From assembly GCA_013204185.1 (NCBI GenBank), contig JABMOI010000004.1:5272-69271 (forward strand): a stretch of DNA of 64,000 nt, given 5' to 3'. Of this stretch, positions 63,642-64,000 are shown in pieces. Both the position numbers and the translations under genes were made by a program. The first letter of the stretch is position 1; every line of letters starts with the position of its first letter. Source of the DNA: a bacterium (GTDB lineage Bacteria; Bacteroidota; Rhodothermia; Rhodothermales; UBA10348). The notes beneath the pieces were generated by a model. It ran no database searches. It was not told the DNA's origin and was given only the letters and a program-made list of their open reading frames with translations.

Positions 63642-64000
63642 ATGACCTCACATACCCAAAAGGCCTCCGTGTGGAGCGTCTTTGTTTTTCTATTTATGCT
63701 CGTTCCGGTCGCATCGGTACAATTTGCCTCGGCTCAAAATGCCTCAGCTCAAAATACCGCGGCCGAAAAAGGGAGCATCATTGGGACCATTATCGATGGT
63801 GATTTCGGAGATACAATGATTGGCGCCAACGTCGTTGTGGACGATGGCTCATTGCGCGGTACGACCACCGATATGAACGGATATTTTGAGATCAATAATC
63901 TTGCGGCTGGTTCGTACGACATTCGAATTTCCTTTATTGGCTACAACACGGCGGTTGTTACGAATGTCGAAGTTGTTTCAGGCGAACGCACTCGCATCGA
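63642..64000 (+). CDS. TonB-dependent receptor (SusC/CarboxypepD_reg-type N-terminus), 5' partial at window end
   Basis: Not in the ORF track because it has no stop. MTSHTQKASVWSVFVFLFMLVPVASVQFASAQ... then GSIIGTIIDGDFGDTMIGANVVVDDGSLRGTTTDMNGYFEINNLAAGSYDIRISFIGY is a carboxypeptidase-regulatory-like domain. Confidence 0.8.
   Translation, partial: MTSHTQKASVWSVFVFLFMLVPVASVQFASAQNASAQNTAAEKGSIIGTIIDGDFGDTMIGANVVVDDGSLRGTTTDMNGYFEINNLAAGSYDIRISFIGYNTAVVTNVEVVSGERTRI

Noticed and set aside
63443-63802. 119-aa plus-strand ORF (MLPNRYLNVTIFIGNTVLMF...)
   Set aside because: It is out of frame with, and overlaps, the clear TonB-receptor N-terminus starting at 63642. Its upstream half covers the TGTTACC repeat region.
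1-64000. Window-wide look for mobile elements, prophage or defence genes, CRISPR, rRNA, tmRNA, RNase P and SRP RNA signatures
   Set aside because: No transposase, integrase, recombinase, RT or nuclease-type ORFs were seen. No repeat-spacer arrays were found. No duplication of the tRNA-Ser 3' end that would mark an integrated island was seen. The intergenic regions over 150 bp showed none of the hallmark motifs I could recognise by eye.

Overview
This 64-kb chromosomal segment reads like an FCB-group bacterium (Bacteroidota / Rhodothermota / Balneolota style). The lineage call rests on T9SS C-terminal sorting domains, a CarboxypepD_reg-type TonB receptor, ADOP-like orphan FtsX permeases and a Tat-signal Gfo/Idh/MocA oxidoreductase. 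About half of the window is housekeeping. yceD-rpmF-plsX-fabH-fabD-fabG plus a DEAD-box helicase lie on the minus strand and diverge from dnaA-dnaN across a 657-bp non-coding gap. Further along are rplM-rpsI, rpsB-tsf, pyrH-frr, tRNA-Ser(GGA), yicC-gmk-coaBC, a family-4-like UDG and dnaB. Envelope and accessory genes are interspersed: a sigma / putative anti-sigma pair, DinB, a beta-barrel plus S/T-rich lipoprotein pair, two TonB-dependent receptors (one partial at the 3' edge) and two duplicated FtsX permeases (one coupled to PadR). There are also a BNR/sortilin-like protein, a sulfatase, an APC permease, a PAS histidine kinase, a CRTAC1/FG-GAP protein, a SpoIIE-type phosphatase, TerC and two tandem DUF4249-like paralogues. 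The last group is a 1538-aa T9SS S8 protease, a class-A beta-lactamase-like hydrolase, a T9SS choice-of-anchor-B protein and YfcC. Two real genes are missing from the ORF track because they run off the window: a ChaN-like gene at 1-889 (-) and a TonB receptor at 63642-64000 (+). I found no rRNA, CRISPR array, transposase, integrase, or recognisable defence or biosynthetic cluster, and I cannot honestly point to a complete novel multi-gene system. The signals most worth a second look are listed here. (1) Five contiguous 15-bp direct repeats abut the start codon of the PadR gene in a PadR/orphan-permease module. (2) A GTGGCRCAA motif occurs five times upstream of yfcC. (3) A Met/His-rich repeat is inserted in the ChaN-like protein. 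(4) A family-4-type UDG has lost all four Fe-S cysteines and gained a Pro/Glu-rich N-terminal extension. (5) The T9SS protease has its signal peptide in-frame but upstream of any canonical start codon. (6) A frame-shifted signal peptide precedes a beta-barrel gene. (7) A DUF4249-like tandem pair has no TonB receptor partner. All functional calls come from reading motifs by eye; no searches were run.
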